From the human T2T-CHM13v2.0 reference genome, Homo sapiens, in the NCBI RefSeq assembly GCF_009914755.1, contig NC_060925.1: a DNA stretch of 64,000 nt. One strand, 5' to 3'. The position numbers were made by a program, and so were the translations under genes. Below, in pieces: positions 1 to 14,178 of this stretch. A model generated the notes under the pieces. It worked only from the letters and a program-made list of their open reading frames with translations, was not told the DNA's origin and did not search any database. The first letter of the stretch is position 1; each line of letters begins with the position of its first letter.

Positions 1-454
1 AGGCCAAGAAGTCCCACGATATGCTCTTTGGAAAGCTGGAGACCCAGGAAAGCCAGTGGTATAATTCAGTCTCAGTCAAACGGCTTGAGAATCAGAATAT
101 TAAATGGTGTAACTCTCAGTCCAAGGCTGAATGCCTGAGAAAGGAATCGTGAGTGGGGTGCTAGTATAAGTCCCAGAGTCTGAAGTCCTGAGAACCTGAA
201 GCTCTGTTGTCTAAAGAAAGGAGAAGATGAATGCCCCAGTTCCAGGAAAGAGAAGAAATTTGTGCTTTCTCTGCCTTTTAGTTCTTTTTGAGCTGCTGAC
301 TGATTAGATGATGCCTGGCATGAGAGTGCGTTTTCTTACAGAGTCTACTGATTGAAATGCTAATCTCTCACAGATACACTCAGAAATTACATATCACCAG
401 CTATCTGGATATCCCTTAACCCAATCAGATTAACACATGAATTTAACCATCACA
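1..454 (-). mobile_element. MLT2-family (ERVL) LTR, cut by window edge
   Basis: Ends in ...ccaatcagattaacacatgaatttaaccatcaca, the reverse complement of the MLT2 5' end TGTGATGGTTAA...; internal gctggagacccaggaaagccagtggt is typical of MLT2. Confidence 0.75.
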
Positions 455-599
455 CCATTCCAGCAGGTAGGCTGTTGTTTTACAATAGGGAAAAATTTGG
501 CATACAGGTGATGCCTTGTATTCCTCTTATAATTCCTTTTCCTTACCACTCGGGAGTCCCTGTCCAGACATTGCCTTCAGGAGATGTAAACTACTTTAC

Positions 600-1254
<655 letters not shown>

Positions 1255-2627
1255 ATAAACAGTGTTTATTAACGAACTCTGATGTATGTTCTCTATTTTG
1301 CTTACTACTAATGATGACCTGTATCAGAGACTTCTGTTTTGAAGTATGTAAGGTTTTCTGAATTAGCCATTAGTATAAGTACTGACACAGAATCCACTGC
1401 TTCTCTGAGCAAATTGCCTATCCTTTCATAGCATCAGCCCACAGAAGTGTAAAACTGACAAAACATCTTTTCAAATGAATTTGCCGAGGCTTCAGACAAA
1501 AGACAGAGGTAGACGGAATATGGTTCACACAAGAGAGAAATAGATTTTCTGCTTTGACTGCTTGTAGAGAACTTGAGATGATAAATGAGCTATGACAACA
1601 GAATCTGTTACTTTCAGAGAAAATATCTCTGTCTTATTTATCTTTTCATCAAAATATTGAAAATATTTGAAGAGGATTCAAGAATCTGCTTATAACAATA
1701 CTTATGTTTTCTCCATCTTACCTATAGTTCAAAATTAAATGATATATGATATGATACAGATTATCATAGCTATATTTTTAGTGTTTTATAATAGACATTA
1801 CTTTATCCTTCATTCTTCATACATTTATATACATTCCTTATATGATTACTGATTTTTCATTTTTATTTTTCCATTTTTATTTATCTTCATGTTAATTACT
1901 TCACAAGTATATTTTGTTGTTTGTTATTATAAAGTTCACAATCTTCATGGTCTAGTTCACAGAATCAATCTAAACCTCTTAGCAAAAAAGAAAAGAAAAT
2001 TTATAATTGAGCCCTGGCATTTCATTTAACACTTATGAATTGGTGGTCTGAACATTTCCTCATAACTTCATACATCTACACAGTAATAAGGTTCTAGGAT
2101 TTTGCTCACTCAAACCATACCCTTGAGATTTTTCTTCACTGGCCCTAAATTCATACCTTCTTTTTAGGTACAACTTCTCTCCAAGACCTTACTTATATAT
2201 CTAAATTTCATACTTCATAACATATAAAATAAATCCTCTTCTCAGCTTCTTTGTACCAACATGTTTACATTGTACATTTTTACTCTCTTTAGAATTTTAT
2301 TTTTTTTAAATACAAAAGAAAAAATAGGGCAGATATTGAAAAGCATATGTATAAATTCTTTATATTTTCCTTTATAATTTTGATCACTTCTAGTTTTTAA
2401 TACCTTCTCATCCAAACATTTGAGAACCATAGCATTTAATTTGCTTATTTGTTTTAAAATGTAATTTTTAATTAAATCAAAACTAATTTTTGTTAATTTT
2501 TTTTGCTGAAATCTCAAGCCAATATTTCTGCTATTTAATAAATATCACCTTTCATCCCTATTAATTTTTTATTTCTCCTTTATCATGTTATTATATTTTC
2601 TAAATCTGTTTTGCCCTGATCTGATGA

Positions 2628-2715
2628 CTATACATATGTATGAAGACATCACTATGTACCCCATGAATATGTACTTATTATATGTCAATTAAAAACTAAA
2701 TTAAAAAATAAAATA
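2628..2715 (+). mobile_element. L1MA/MB 3'-end fragment
   Basis: catcactatgtaccccatgaatatgtac...tgtcaattaaaaa followed by an A-rich tail. Confidence 0.6.
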
Positions 2716-2964
2716 TGTTTTGGTGAGTTTATTTGTTCAACACCTCTGTTTTGTCTATATTATCAAGGGTTTCAATAAAATCATTAGTTTGAAACCCAGA
2801 TCACCATGGGGCTGACACTTGAGTAAACTTGCATAGCTAGTTTATATAACTAAATTTTCTATTTTGAAAAGTGTTATCATAGTTATATTTAAATCCTACT
2901 GGGAGAATGAACCGTACATCTATATTATGTCCACTATCAGAATCAAGGAGTGATAATCTCTTAC

Positions 2965-3170
2965 CATTCATCCATTCATGAATCTGCTTAATAGAATATA
3001 AATTTGTTTGGTGCCTGTTCAGTTTCAGACACTCTGCCAGGCATTGAGAATATGTTAGCAAAAGCATTTTTTAAAGAAATTGCCCTGCTTCCTAAGATGT
3101 CAGATTGTTTTTGCAGGGAAGAACAAAAAAACACAATACTGCTTGATAACTGCTAAGATAGGCATATATG
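2965..3170 (-). mobile_element. L2 3'-end fragment
   Basis: cattcatccattcat...tttgtttggtgcctg...ctgccaggcattgagaata resembles the L2 tail (antisense). Confidence 0.45.
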
Positions 3171-3589
3171 TATTTGTTAAAGAAAACGTGTACAAAAAAT
3201 ATAATTTATGGGTCTCCAAAAGGGTGTGTTCTAAAACAGCTGAGGATCGCCTTAAGACATGAACAGTCTAACTAGATTACACTACTATTTTAGGGGGCCT
3301 CATTCTAAGGTACACTGCCAACACTCTGACAGTAAATTCTAGGTAAAGTAGTGTGAAAAAAAGTTGATATTATTTTCACAAAAATCCTTATTTTGTGTGT
3401 TTTTCAATTTTAAACCTATACTTCACAATTTTACTTTAGTCTGGCTACTGACAGTGTCTTTCCTTAATAACTCCTTAGACTGTATATTTTTTTGGACATT
3501 GTATTAAAAATGTAAGCTAGATACAGCCAGAATGGCCAATGTCCTGCCAAGTTTTGACAGTTTGGTAGGAAATAGTAAAAAATTATTTT

Positions 3590-3950
3590 TTAAAGATGTC
3601 TTTGCTGTCTTTCTCTATTGTGTTTTCTATTTGCATTCACTGATAGTTGTTTCAGGTTAAAATTAATATCCAGCATGGAGTTTTATTAGAATTGCATTAA
3701 TCTCTAAATAATTTACCATGAGATGACGTCTTTATAATATTCAATCTTCTCATTCTAAAAATCTCTTTATCTCACTTTTTATTCAAGACTTTTACGTTTG
3801 TCAGGAAATATTCATAGGTTGATTATTTGAGTATTATATATTTTATATTAAAATCTTTTCCAAATATTTACGGTTTTTATTGTTGTTATCATGGATAGGA
3901 TCTGTTTCATCAAAATCCACATGCTGGTGGCTGCTGCTTGTATATTGCAG
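3590..3950 (-). mobile_element. Ancient L1M ORF2 fragment
   Basis: ttttattagaattgcattaatctctaaataattt...atgacgtctttataatattcaatctt is degenerate antisense L1 ORF2. Confidence 0.55.
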
Positions 3951-4151
3951 TATCACAGAAGGCTGAATTATCAGAGCAGACTCAACATGAATCATAGATC
4001 TTACCCAAAACAAACTTTACTAATGAATAATGAAGAATGCCAGTAAAAAGAAAGCACAGATATATCACAATCTGTTTCTGGAAGACTCTGAATTGTCAGA
4101 TGCAGCCTCCAGAATACTCTTTCTCTGTATTGGTATACATTTTGATTTTGG

Positions 4152-4574
4152 AGTTTCTAAATTAAATAAGCAGGAGGCCATAAGCCTGAAGCTATCTCAG
4201 TACTTTAAGTTCCTCTCTATCAAACTGAAACCTAAGTTAATATATAAACAAACAAAAACCTAATGTAGGAGTATATTTTTGTAACAGCTGACTTTCAGCC
4301 AATTGAAAACAGTTGAGCATCCAACTTATCAGACCATGCCCAAAGAAGGCAAATGCCTCATCGCATCATGTTCGAACAAGGCAAGTGTCTATCTGTAGCC
4401 AATTAAATGATACCTCTGTTTGCTTCCCTATGAGGCCTATTAAAGCTCCAGGCTCAATGGCTGTGTAGATCCCTCTGAACGACTTCTGTTTCTGAGTGCT
4501 GCCTGTTTCATAAACCATTCTTTGCTCAAATAAACTCTATTACATTTAATTTGTCAAAGTTGTTCTTTATAACA
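4152..4574 (+). mobile_element. ERV1 solo LTR, MER57/MER93 family
   Basis: ggaggccataagcctgaag, ataaggcaa-type repeats and CCAAT boxes; end cattctttgctcaaataaactctattacatttaatttgtcaaagttgttctttataaca. Confidence 0.7.
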
Positions 4575-5569
4575 GAATCAATGACATAACTGTCTGACAT
4601 AAGATAGATTAGAGGATATATTAATATTGGGGTTTCTTAGTTGACACACTGAATTTCCAAACAGCTGCATCACATGAATCTACATTCCAGGTTTATTTAC
4701 AATAAATAACCAAAATCAATTAAATATGTTCTATTAAAAATATTTTATACAGACACTCCATCAAGTATCTCATTGCTGTTATATCACATCCACATGTTTA
4801 CAAAGTGGTCTAGTGTAGCTATTTTCTTAATAAAATAGAATCATTAATAACTACATACTTTCACCATTCAGGAAATAATGTAACAGGTATCCATATAAAC
4901 AGGAGAAGTAAGGTAGCCTTAGCTCTGATTTCAACATTTTATTTTTTAAAAACAAATATGACAATATTTTAATATCTGTTAAATTTGAGTGTTGACTATA
5001 TAATTACCTGTTATATTATTTTTGAAGGGTTATTTAATAACTAAAAATATTTTATCAGTATTAATAGTATTAACAACTAAAACCATTTTATTTCGTATCT
5101 TTTATGTTTCATCTTCTTTTAACACATCCTATAGCCTACACAATCAATACCAAGTGAGTTTAACAAAAATGTAACAAATCTGAATGGCAATCATTCTATA
5201 TAAAAATGAGTAACATCATTCTAATGAGGTATCCTCAACTTCTGTACATAGTGGGAAAAAATGCATACCATATTGGGCCAATTAGCTCAGTAAAAAGAAG
5301 AGCCCCCCAGTTACAACTGTTAATAGAAACAATATTTCCAAAACATATATTTGTTTCAACTCTATTTTTTATCAGATATGGAAAATAAAAGTCTAGAAAC
5401 TTAAAAAGGTAGAACCAGGATTACTATGTTCTTTTTAGTTCAACATAGTTAATACTGCAGAGTTGAAGTATGAGGCAAGCGCTAGTTTGTTCTTTTGCTG
5501 CTGTCTTAGTTTCTCATTCAATGTTCATTATTTCTTTATTACATAATTTATATTTTAAAATAATACATC

Positions 5570-6500
5570 CATATGAGATTGCTTGTCTGTTTTGTTTTGT
5601 ATTTTTTGTTTTTTTATAAATCAAGCCAAGCCTGTTATATTTACTGTTTTTGAGAAGCCTTTGTATTTGTATGTTCTGAAAGTAATATTTCCATTTTCTA
5701 TGTGTTCTCTAAGTAATATTTCACTTTTCTATGTGCTTCTTTTTAATTAGTCTCTTTTTTCTGTGTCGTATTTTTCTGTAGTTTCAACACAATATGTCTA
5801 GGTTTTTATTTAGCTTTATTCATCCTTTGGAGATTCCCCCATCATTATAAATTTATATTGTTTAAATAAAAACTTCTCACCATTTAACCTTTATTTTTAG
5901 CTCTCTATATTTTACTCTATTATATCTTTCTGGAAGGCTTTCATATATATGCTTAATGTTTTCATTACCTTCTGATTATTTTCTTAACATCACCTTCATG
6001 CTTTCCATCAATTAGATTTTTATCTCATTAATGCAAGCCAATCTTCCAGTTAAATTCCTTCTTAAGCTAATTTCCATTGACATTTTATTAATATTACTTA
6101 TTTTATGATAGACTTTATTTTTAGGTGGTTTTAGATTTACATAAAAGTTAGGTAGAAAGTATTGAGAGTCCCTTAAATACCTTCCTTTGACCCACAGTTT
6201 CTTTTATTATTAACATCTTACTAGTGCTTTTAATTTCAATAAAAATTTGTTTTCATTACTAGGATTCTATTTTAATCGTACTTAAATATCTTTGTTTTTT
6301 TGTTTTCACTATTTTGTTCTCCTGTTTTTGCTGCATAATTTAAATCACTTTTTCTAATTTTCATTTTGTTTTTCCTTTTGTATGGTCATTTTATAAGGGC
6401 TTAATTTTTGTGTATTTATCATTCCATGATGGTGTATTGTTTCCACTTGTCTTCGATAATGTTTAACAAGAGTTCTGTTTTAGGTCTGTTCCTATTTTTG
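5570..6500 (-). mobile_element. Degraded old L1 (L1M/L1MC) fragments
   Basis: T-rich; includes atagactttatttttaggtggttttagatttacataaaag (L1MC-type 3' end, ~6110-6225). Confidence 0.45.
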
Positions 6501-6719
6501 GACACTCTTTAAAATCCATTTAGTGAAAGGAACTTATAAAAGCCCATAACAATACATATCATCAGCCTGGTACAAATTTTTTAATTAATTGCTTGCTTCT
6601 GGATCCCAGAACCAAGAAACTGGTACATCTTGGAGCAGCAACATTTATATAAAGTTAGGGCCACTGTTATTGACATCTCAGTACTATTTTTCCCCAAAGC
6701 AATACTTATGTTCCTACAT

Positions 6720-7410
6720 GGCGTTGTAGAATCTTGCTGCTCCCTCACTAAAATGTGGGTTTTACATCTCCTCTCCTTTAATCTGGGTGGAGTTTTGTGA
6801 CTTTTTTTTTCTTTTTTTTCAGACAGCGTCTCACTCTGTCACTCAGACTGGAGTGCAGTGGCATGAACGTGGCTCACTGCAGCCTCTACCTCTCCAGGCA
6901 AAAGCGATTCCTCAGACCTCAGCCTCCCAAGTAGCTGGGACTGCAGGGGGATGCCACCAAGCGTGGCTAATTTTTATATTATTTGTAAAGACGGTGTCTC
7001 ACTATCTTGCCCAGGCTGGTCTCAAACTCTAGGCACAAGCTATCCACCCACCTCAGTCTCCAAAAGTGCGGGGATTAGAGGCGTGAGCCACCACACCCGG
7101 GGTGGCTATCTTAATAAATAGAATATGGTAGATGTGGCACTTTATAATATTCGAGTATAGATTATAATGAAAAAAACAATAAACTCTGTTACATTTAATT
7201 TGTAAAAGCTTCCACCTGGCTTCTCTTAATGTACCTCATGCCCTGAAAGCTCAAAGCCAACATCTGAGAAGTCCAGTTATCCTGAATATGCCCAGCAGGA
7301 AAGATTAGGTGGAAAGACAATAGAGAGGCAATGAAAGACGCCAAAGGACACACAGCTATTCCAGCCCCCAAGCTGGTCTTGTCTCTCCTATCCAGGCATC
7401 AGATATGTGA
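6720..7410 (+). mobile_element. MLT1 (MaLR) LTR fragment interrupted by AluJ
   Basis: ctcctttaatctgggtggagttttgtgac [Alu] aatagaatatggtagatgtggcac...gagaagtccagttatcctga...ccaggcatcagatatgtga. Confidence 0.55.
6802..7100 (-). mobile_element. AluJ
   Basis: Diverged dimeric Alu with J-type ctcactgcagcctc and gtctcactatcttgcccagg. Confidence 0.9.
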
Positions 7411-8577
7411 TATCAAATAATCAGGGAAGAGCCAACATTGCAATTTATTTAATTTTCAATATTTAGTAGGGACTGTAAGATGCTGGCCAAAAATTTCACA
7501 GGAAGATCTAAGAAGTTTGAAAACTATAGTGGACCTTAACAAACCTCCATATATCTCTGTTAGTCTGGGAAACTGTGCAAATGTAGAAGGACACATAGTA
7601 AGTTCATGAGTCACCAAAGAAAACACTCTGTCTATAGTTTTTGGCTGAACACGAAAGCTTATACACAGAGACAGTGAAAGACAAGAGAAAATTTTAAGTT
7701 ACCAAATTGTGAATAAATCACCGTCCTTCAAAAAGTATAGTAGCACAGGGAAGAACCCTTACTGGCTCAAGGTAAACACAACTTCTGGGCAATCCTGGCT
7801 GATGACTAAGCTATGCTGACCTAGAAATGGTAGCTAGAAAGACAGTCTTAGTTAAAAAACAAACAAATAATAATAAAAAATGTTTAAAACTAAGTGTATA
7901 CCTATAAAATTACTAGTAGATAACATAGGAGAAATTATAGATGACCATGGGTTTGGTGATGACTTTTTAAGATACATCAAAGGTATAATCTATGAAAGAA
8001 ATAATACAGAAGCTGGATTTTATTAAAATTATAATTTTCTTCTCTATAAAAGGCAATGTCAAAAGAATTAAAAAAAAAAAACAAGAAACAGACTGCGATA
8101 ATATTTGCACAAAACATACCTAATAAAAGACTTTCATTCAAAATACACAAAGAACCCTTAAAACTCAACAATAAGAAAACAAAAAATGCAATTTATTTAT
8201 ACTTTTTTATTTTTTAAAAATTTATTTCAATAGCTTTTGGGATACAAGTAGTTTTTGTGACATGGATGAATTGTATAGTGGTGAATTCTGAGATTTTTTG
8301 TGCACCCATCACCCAAGTAGTGTTTGCTGTGCCTAATGTGTAGTTTCTTGTCCCTCACCCCTCTCTCAACCTTCCCCTTGGGAGTCTGTAAAGCTTATTA
8401 TATCACTTTGGATACCTTTGTGTACTCATAGCTTAGCTCCCAGTTACATGTGAGAAGATAAGGTTTTTGATATTCCATTCCTATGTTATTTCACTTAGAA
8501 CAATGGCCTCCAGCTTTATTCAAGTTGCTGCAAAATACATTATTTCATTCCTTTTAATGGCTGAATAGTATTCCATG

Positions 8578-8780
8578 GTGTGTATGTGTGTGTGTATGTA
8601 TATGTATATATAGAGAGATATATATAGAGATATAAATAGAGATATATATATAGAGGGAGCTATATAGAGATATATATAGATATATAGAGGGAGCTATATA
8701 GAGATATATATAGATATATAGAGGGAGCTATATATAGATATATATAGAGAGATATACAGGTATTTATATAGAGATATACA
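8578..8780. repeat. (TG)n/(TA/GA)n compound repeat containing a 34-bp period unit
   Basis: gagggagc starts at 8653, 8687 and 8721. Confidence 0.9.
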
Positions 8781-8880
8781 CATACCATATTTTCTTTATC
8801 CTTTCGTTAGTCAATGGGTGCTAAGCTTGGTTCCACACCTTTGCAATTGTCAATTGTGCTGCTATAAAAATATATGCAAG

Positions 8881-8884
<4 letters not shown>

Positions 8885-8916
<32 letters not shown>
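8885..8916. repeat. (TA)n microsatellite
   Basis: Pure TA run of ~16 units. Confidence 0.95.
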
Positions 8917-8919
<3 letters not shown>

Positions 8920-11900
8920 TTTTTTATCTTTTGCATAGATACCCAGGAGTGGGATTGCTGGACTGAATGGCAATCTACTTTTAGCCCTTTAAGGAATCTC
9001 CATACTATTTTCCATAGAAGCTGTACTGATTTACATTCACCCCCAGCAGTGTATAAGCGTTCTCTTTTCCCCACATCTGCACCAACATCTATTGTTTCTT
9101 GACTTGTTAATAATGGTCATTCTTGCAGGAATATCGTGTTATTTCATTGTGGTTTTAATTAGCATTTCCTTGATGATTAATGATGCTGAGCATTTTTTTC
9201 CTGTATTTGTTGGCCATTTGTATATCTTCTCTTAAGAAATGTCTATTTGTGTTCTTTGACAAATTTTTAATGGGATTATTTGGGCTTTTTCTTGCTGGTT
9301 TGTTTGAGTTCCTTGTAGATTCTGGATACTAGTCTTTTGTCAGATGTATAGGTGGCAAATACTTTCCCCATTCTGAAAATTATCTGTTTATTCTGCTGAT
9401 TATTTCTTTTCCCATGCACAAGCTTTTATGTTTAATTAGGTCCCATCTATTAAATTCTTTGCCTAAGCCAATGTCTAAAAGAGGTTCTCCAACACTGTCT
9501 TCTAGAATTTTTAAAGTTTTAGGACTTATATAAAAGTCTTTGATCCATCTTGAGTTGACTTTGTATAAGATGAGAAATAAGGATCCAGTTTCATTCTTCT
9601 ACATGTGGCTTGCCAGTTTTCCCAGCACCATTTATTAAATAGGGTGTCCATTCCCCAATTTATGTTTTTGTATGCTTTGTCAAAGATTAGTTGGCTATAC
9701 ATATTTGGCTTTATTTCTGGGCTCTCTATTCTGTTCCACTTGTGCACGTGCCTATTTTTATACCAGTACAAGGCTATTTTGGTAACTATAACCTTATAGT
9801 ATCATTTGAAGTCCAGTAATGTGATGCTTCCAGATTTGTTCTTTTTGCTTAGAATTGCTTTGGCTATGCAAGCTCTTTTTTGGTTCCAGATAATTTTAGG
9901 ATTTTTTTTCTAATTTTGTGAAAAATTATGTTATTTGATGGGAGCTGCATTGAATCTGTAGATTTCTTTGGGTGTAATGGTCATTTACACAACACTGATT
10001 TTACCCATCCATGAGCATGAGATGCATTTCCATTTGTTTGTGTCATCTCTGATTTATTTCAGCAGTGCTTTACAGTTCTCTCTGTAGAGATCTTCACCTC
10101 CTTGGTTAAGTATATTCCTAAGTATTTTATTCTTTTTGTGGCTATTGTGAATGAGAATGAGTTACTGATTTGATTCTCAACTTGGTCATTGTTGGGGAAT
10201 AGAAGTACTGATTTGTATACATTAATTTTCTAGCCTGAGACTTTACTCAATTCATTTATCAAAGCTAGGAGTTTTCTGGAGGAATCATTAGGATTTTCAG
10301 GGTATACAGTCGTATCATCTGCAAACAACAATAGTCTGACTTCCTCTTTTCCAACTTGGATGCCCTTTATTTCTTTCACGTGCCTAATTGCTCTGGCTAG
10401 GACTTCTAGAACTATGTTGAATAGGAGTGGTGAAAGTGGGCACCTTTGTTTTGTTCCTGTTATCTGGGAGAATACTTTCTACTTTTCCCCATTCAGTGTG
10501 ATATTGGCTGTGGGTTTATCATATATGGCTTTTATTATTTTGAGGTATGTCCTTTCTATGCCTAGTTTGTTGAGAATTTTTATCATGAAGGGATGCTTGA
10601 TTTTGTCAAATGCTTCTTTTTGCCTCTATTGAGATGATCATATGGTTTTTGTTTTTAATTCTGTTTATGTGATGTATTACATTTGTTGACTTGCATACAT
10701 TAAACCATCCCTGCATCCCTGGAATAAAACCCATTTAATCACGGTGAATTATCTTTTTGATGTGCTGTTGGATTTGGTTAGCTAGTTTGTTGTTGACAAG
10801 TTTCGCATCTATGTTCATCAGGGGAATTGGTTTGTAGTTTTGTTTTTGTTTTTGTATCCTCTCCTGGTTTTGGTTTCAGGGTGATACTGTCTTCATAGAA
10901 TGATTTAGTGAGGACTCCCTCTCTCAGTCTTTTGGAATAGTTTCAGTAGGATTGGTTCCAGTTCTTCTTTGAATGACTGGTAGAATTCAGCTCTGAATCC
11001 ACATGGTCCTGGGCTTTTTTTCATTGGATATTTTAAAATTACTGATTCAATCTCACTGCTTGTTATTGGTCTGTTCAAAATTTCTATTTTTTTCTGATTT
11101 AATCTAGGAGGGTTGTATGTTTCCAAGAATTTATCTATTTCCTCTATGTTTTCTAGTTTTTGCCCATAAAGGTGTTCATGGAAGTTTAAAATAATCTATT
11201 ATATTTCCATGGTGTTGGTTGAAATGTCCCTAGTTCAGTGATAATATTGAGAAGTAAGGTACTATTCTCTTCACTATGTTAATTGTTAACTAGATAGGTT
11301 TTTTCCATTGTGTTATTGTTTTATAGGCCTTAAGAGTTTTAAGATTTCAATGGTTATACTTTGGTGCATATTAAGCTTTTGTTCAAGGTTTAGAATTCCT
11401 TTTAGCATTTCTTGTAGTGCTGGTTTCATAGTGACAAGTTCCCTCAGCATTTATTTGTCTGAAAGAAAATGACTTTATTTCTCTCTCAATTATGTAGCTC
11501 TTGGCTTGTGAAGTTTCTGCTGAGAAGTCTGCCGTTATTCTGATAGATTTTCCTTTTTAGGTTACCTGATGCCTTTGTCTTACTGCTCTTAGAATGTTTT
11601 CCTCAACCATCTCTCAGATAAGTTTTCCAGACTTATTATTTTCTCTCCTTGCTCAGGAACACCCTTCTTAGGTTTAGCCATTTTACATAATCCCACATTT
11701 CTTGAAGACTTTGTTTATTTCTTTTGATTCTTTTTTCTTTATTTTTGTGTGATTGGGTTAATTAAAAAAAAAACACCTTGTCTTCAAGCTCTGAAATTAT
11801 TTCTTCTATTTTTCTAGACTATTATTAAAACTTTCCACTGCATTTTGTAATTCCTTCTGTCTTTTATTTCAATAAGTTCTGATTGTTTTTTCCTGATGAT

Positions 11901-13169
11901 ATCGATCTCTCTAGAAATTTTGTCATTCGTATCCTGAACTACTCTTTTGATTTATAATGGTTTTCACCTTTCACTGATGTCTGCTGGAGTAGCTTTATAA
12001 TCAACCTCTGAATTCCTTATCTGGTATTTCAAATATTTTATCTTCGTTTAGATTAATTGCTGGAAACCTAGTGTGATCTTTTGGAGGTGTTATAGAACCC
12101 TATTTTGTCATATTACTAGAGTTAATTTTCCTGCAGTGGTAGCTCCTGCACTCACAGCTGCAGCCCACGTTTTACTTACCCCCACTCCAGCACAGGCCAG
12201 GGGAATTTGTCTCCACTTGTGGTTATAATGTGAGACCCAGTTGGGGACTTTTTTCAATCTGTGACCACTGCCTGAATTTTTTTGCTGTCTTCCAAAATGT
12301 ACCCTGTGAGGAACAGCAAGGAATGGCTGATCTCAGTCTGCCCAGGGATCTAGGAGTGCATGCAAGTATCTTCTTGCTGCTGCTTCTTCTATTATATTCC
12401 ACGAAACTCCCTAAGTCAGTTCCTGCAGTGCGTAGGGTTGAGGCTTTTCCCTGTGGCCTGGACTTTTAGGGTCCCCCGTGGGCATGCATATGTTGGTGGC
12501 AGTCTTTCCCCTCCTCACATTCTGGGACTCTCAGCCTGACCTACTATGTAGCATGCAGCTTCCTGCTTCCTTCAAAGTGTCTGTATATTCTTTTGGTTTT
12601 CCTGTTCAGTTCCTGCATAGCTTCTTGGAAAAAAAAAGGTTCACGGTGTTAATCTCTACACAACTATTTTGTTCTTCCAAGTTGGAGAGGTGTGCCAGCA
12701 ATGCTTCTAATCTACCATTTTGGAAAAGAAAAAATTTAAAAGTGGGCCAAGGTCCTTAACAGAGAGCTCACCAGAGAAAATACACAGATGATAAATAATC
12801 ATTGGAACAGATGTTCATAGGTCATCAAGAAAATGGAAATTAGAACAATGAGATACCATTACATATAAGTTAGAATGACCAAAATCCAGAATACTGACAA
12901 CACCAAATGGTGGTGAGGATTTAAAGCAGCAGAAACTTTCTCATTCATTGCTGAAGAGAATGCAAAATGATATAGTCATGTTGGAAGACAGTTTTATGCT
13001 TCCTTACAAAGCTAAACATATTCTTATATCATTCAGCAAACCTGCTTTTTGGTGTTTACTCAAAGGATTTAAAACATATGTCTACACAAAAACTTGCATG
13101 AAGATATTTATAGCAGCCTTACATAGTTGTAAAAATTGTTTACAATTTACTCATAATTGCAAAAACTTG

Positions 13170-14178
13170 TTTTTTAAAAAAATTATATAAATTTAAGAGG
13201 TGCAAGTGCACTTTTGTTACATTAATATACTGAGTTTTGGTGAAGTCTGGACTGTTAGTGTAATTATCACCTAAATAATGTACACTGTACCACTCCCTCT
13301 CGTTCTCCCACAATTTTGATTTTCCAGTATTTATTATTCCACATTCTATGTCCATAGTTCTCACCTTATATTAGTTCCCACCAATAAGTGAGAACATGCA
13401 GTATTTGACTTTCTGAATCAGAGTTGTTTCACTTACAATAATGGCCTCAGGTTTCATCTATGTTGCTGCAGAAGACATGATTTAATTATTTTCTGTGACT
13501 GAATAGTATCCCATTGCATATATATATACCATATTCTTTTATCTAATTATCCATCGATGACCACATAGGTTAATTATACCTTTACTATTGTGAATAGTGC
13601 TACAGTAAACATATGAGTACAGGAATCTTTTTTATATAATGATTTATCTTTCTTTGGGTAGATATCCAGTAGTGGTATGGCTGGATCAAGTAATGGTTCT
13701 ATTTTTAGAACCATATCTTTGAGAAATCCCATGCTATTTTCCATAGAGGTTGTACTAATTTACATTCCCACCAACAGTGAGTGTTTAAGAGTTCCCATTT
13801 TTCTGAATCCTGACCAATATCTTTTTGGTTTTGTTTGTTTGTTTGTTAACATTTCAATAATGGCTATTCTGACTGGTATGAGATGATATCTTACTGTTGT
13901 TTTAATTTGTATTTCTCTTATGGTTACTGATGTTGAGCATTTTTCATATGCCTGTTGGCTATTTGCATATCTTCTTTTGAAAGTTCTTTATTCATGTCAT
14001 TTGCCCACTATTTAATGGTTTTTTTAAATTTGTTTGTGTTTGTGCTTGTTGTTGAATTGTTTAAGACTCTTGTAAATTCTGGATATTTTTCCCCTGTCAT
14101 ACACATATTTTGCAATTATTTTCTCTCATTCTGAAGATTGTTCACTCTGTTGATTATTTCTTTTGCTGTGAAGAAGCA
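13170..14178 (-). mobile_element. 5'-truncated L1PB4/L1MA1-like element
   Basis: aatttaagaggtgcaagtgcacttttgttacatt...ggtgaagtctgg 3'UTR; truncated at ttttgctgtgaagaagc. Confidence 0.8.

Larger units (their letters stand above)
8195..12725 (-). mobile_element. L1PB-type element with both 5' and 3' ends but several internal deletions
   Basis: 3' end ttatttcaatagcttttgggatacaag; ORF2 remnants (9526-9771 FNKWCWENW; 10905-11126 KKSPGP); 5' end (revcomp) caaaatggtagattagaagcattgctggc. Confidence 0.85.

Noticed and set aside
8640-8760. CRISPR-like periodic repeats
   Set aside because: No unique spacers or cas genes; a eukaryotic tandem repeat
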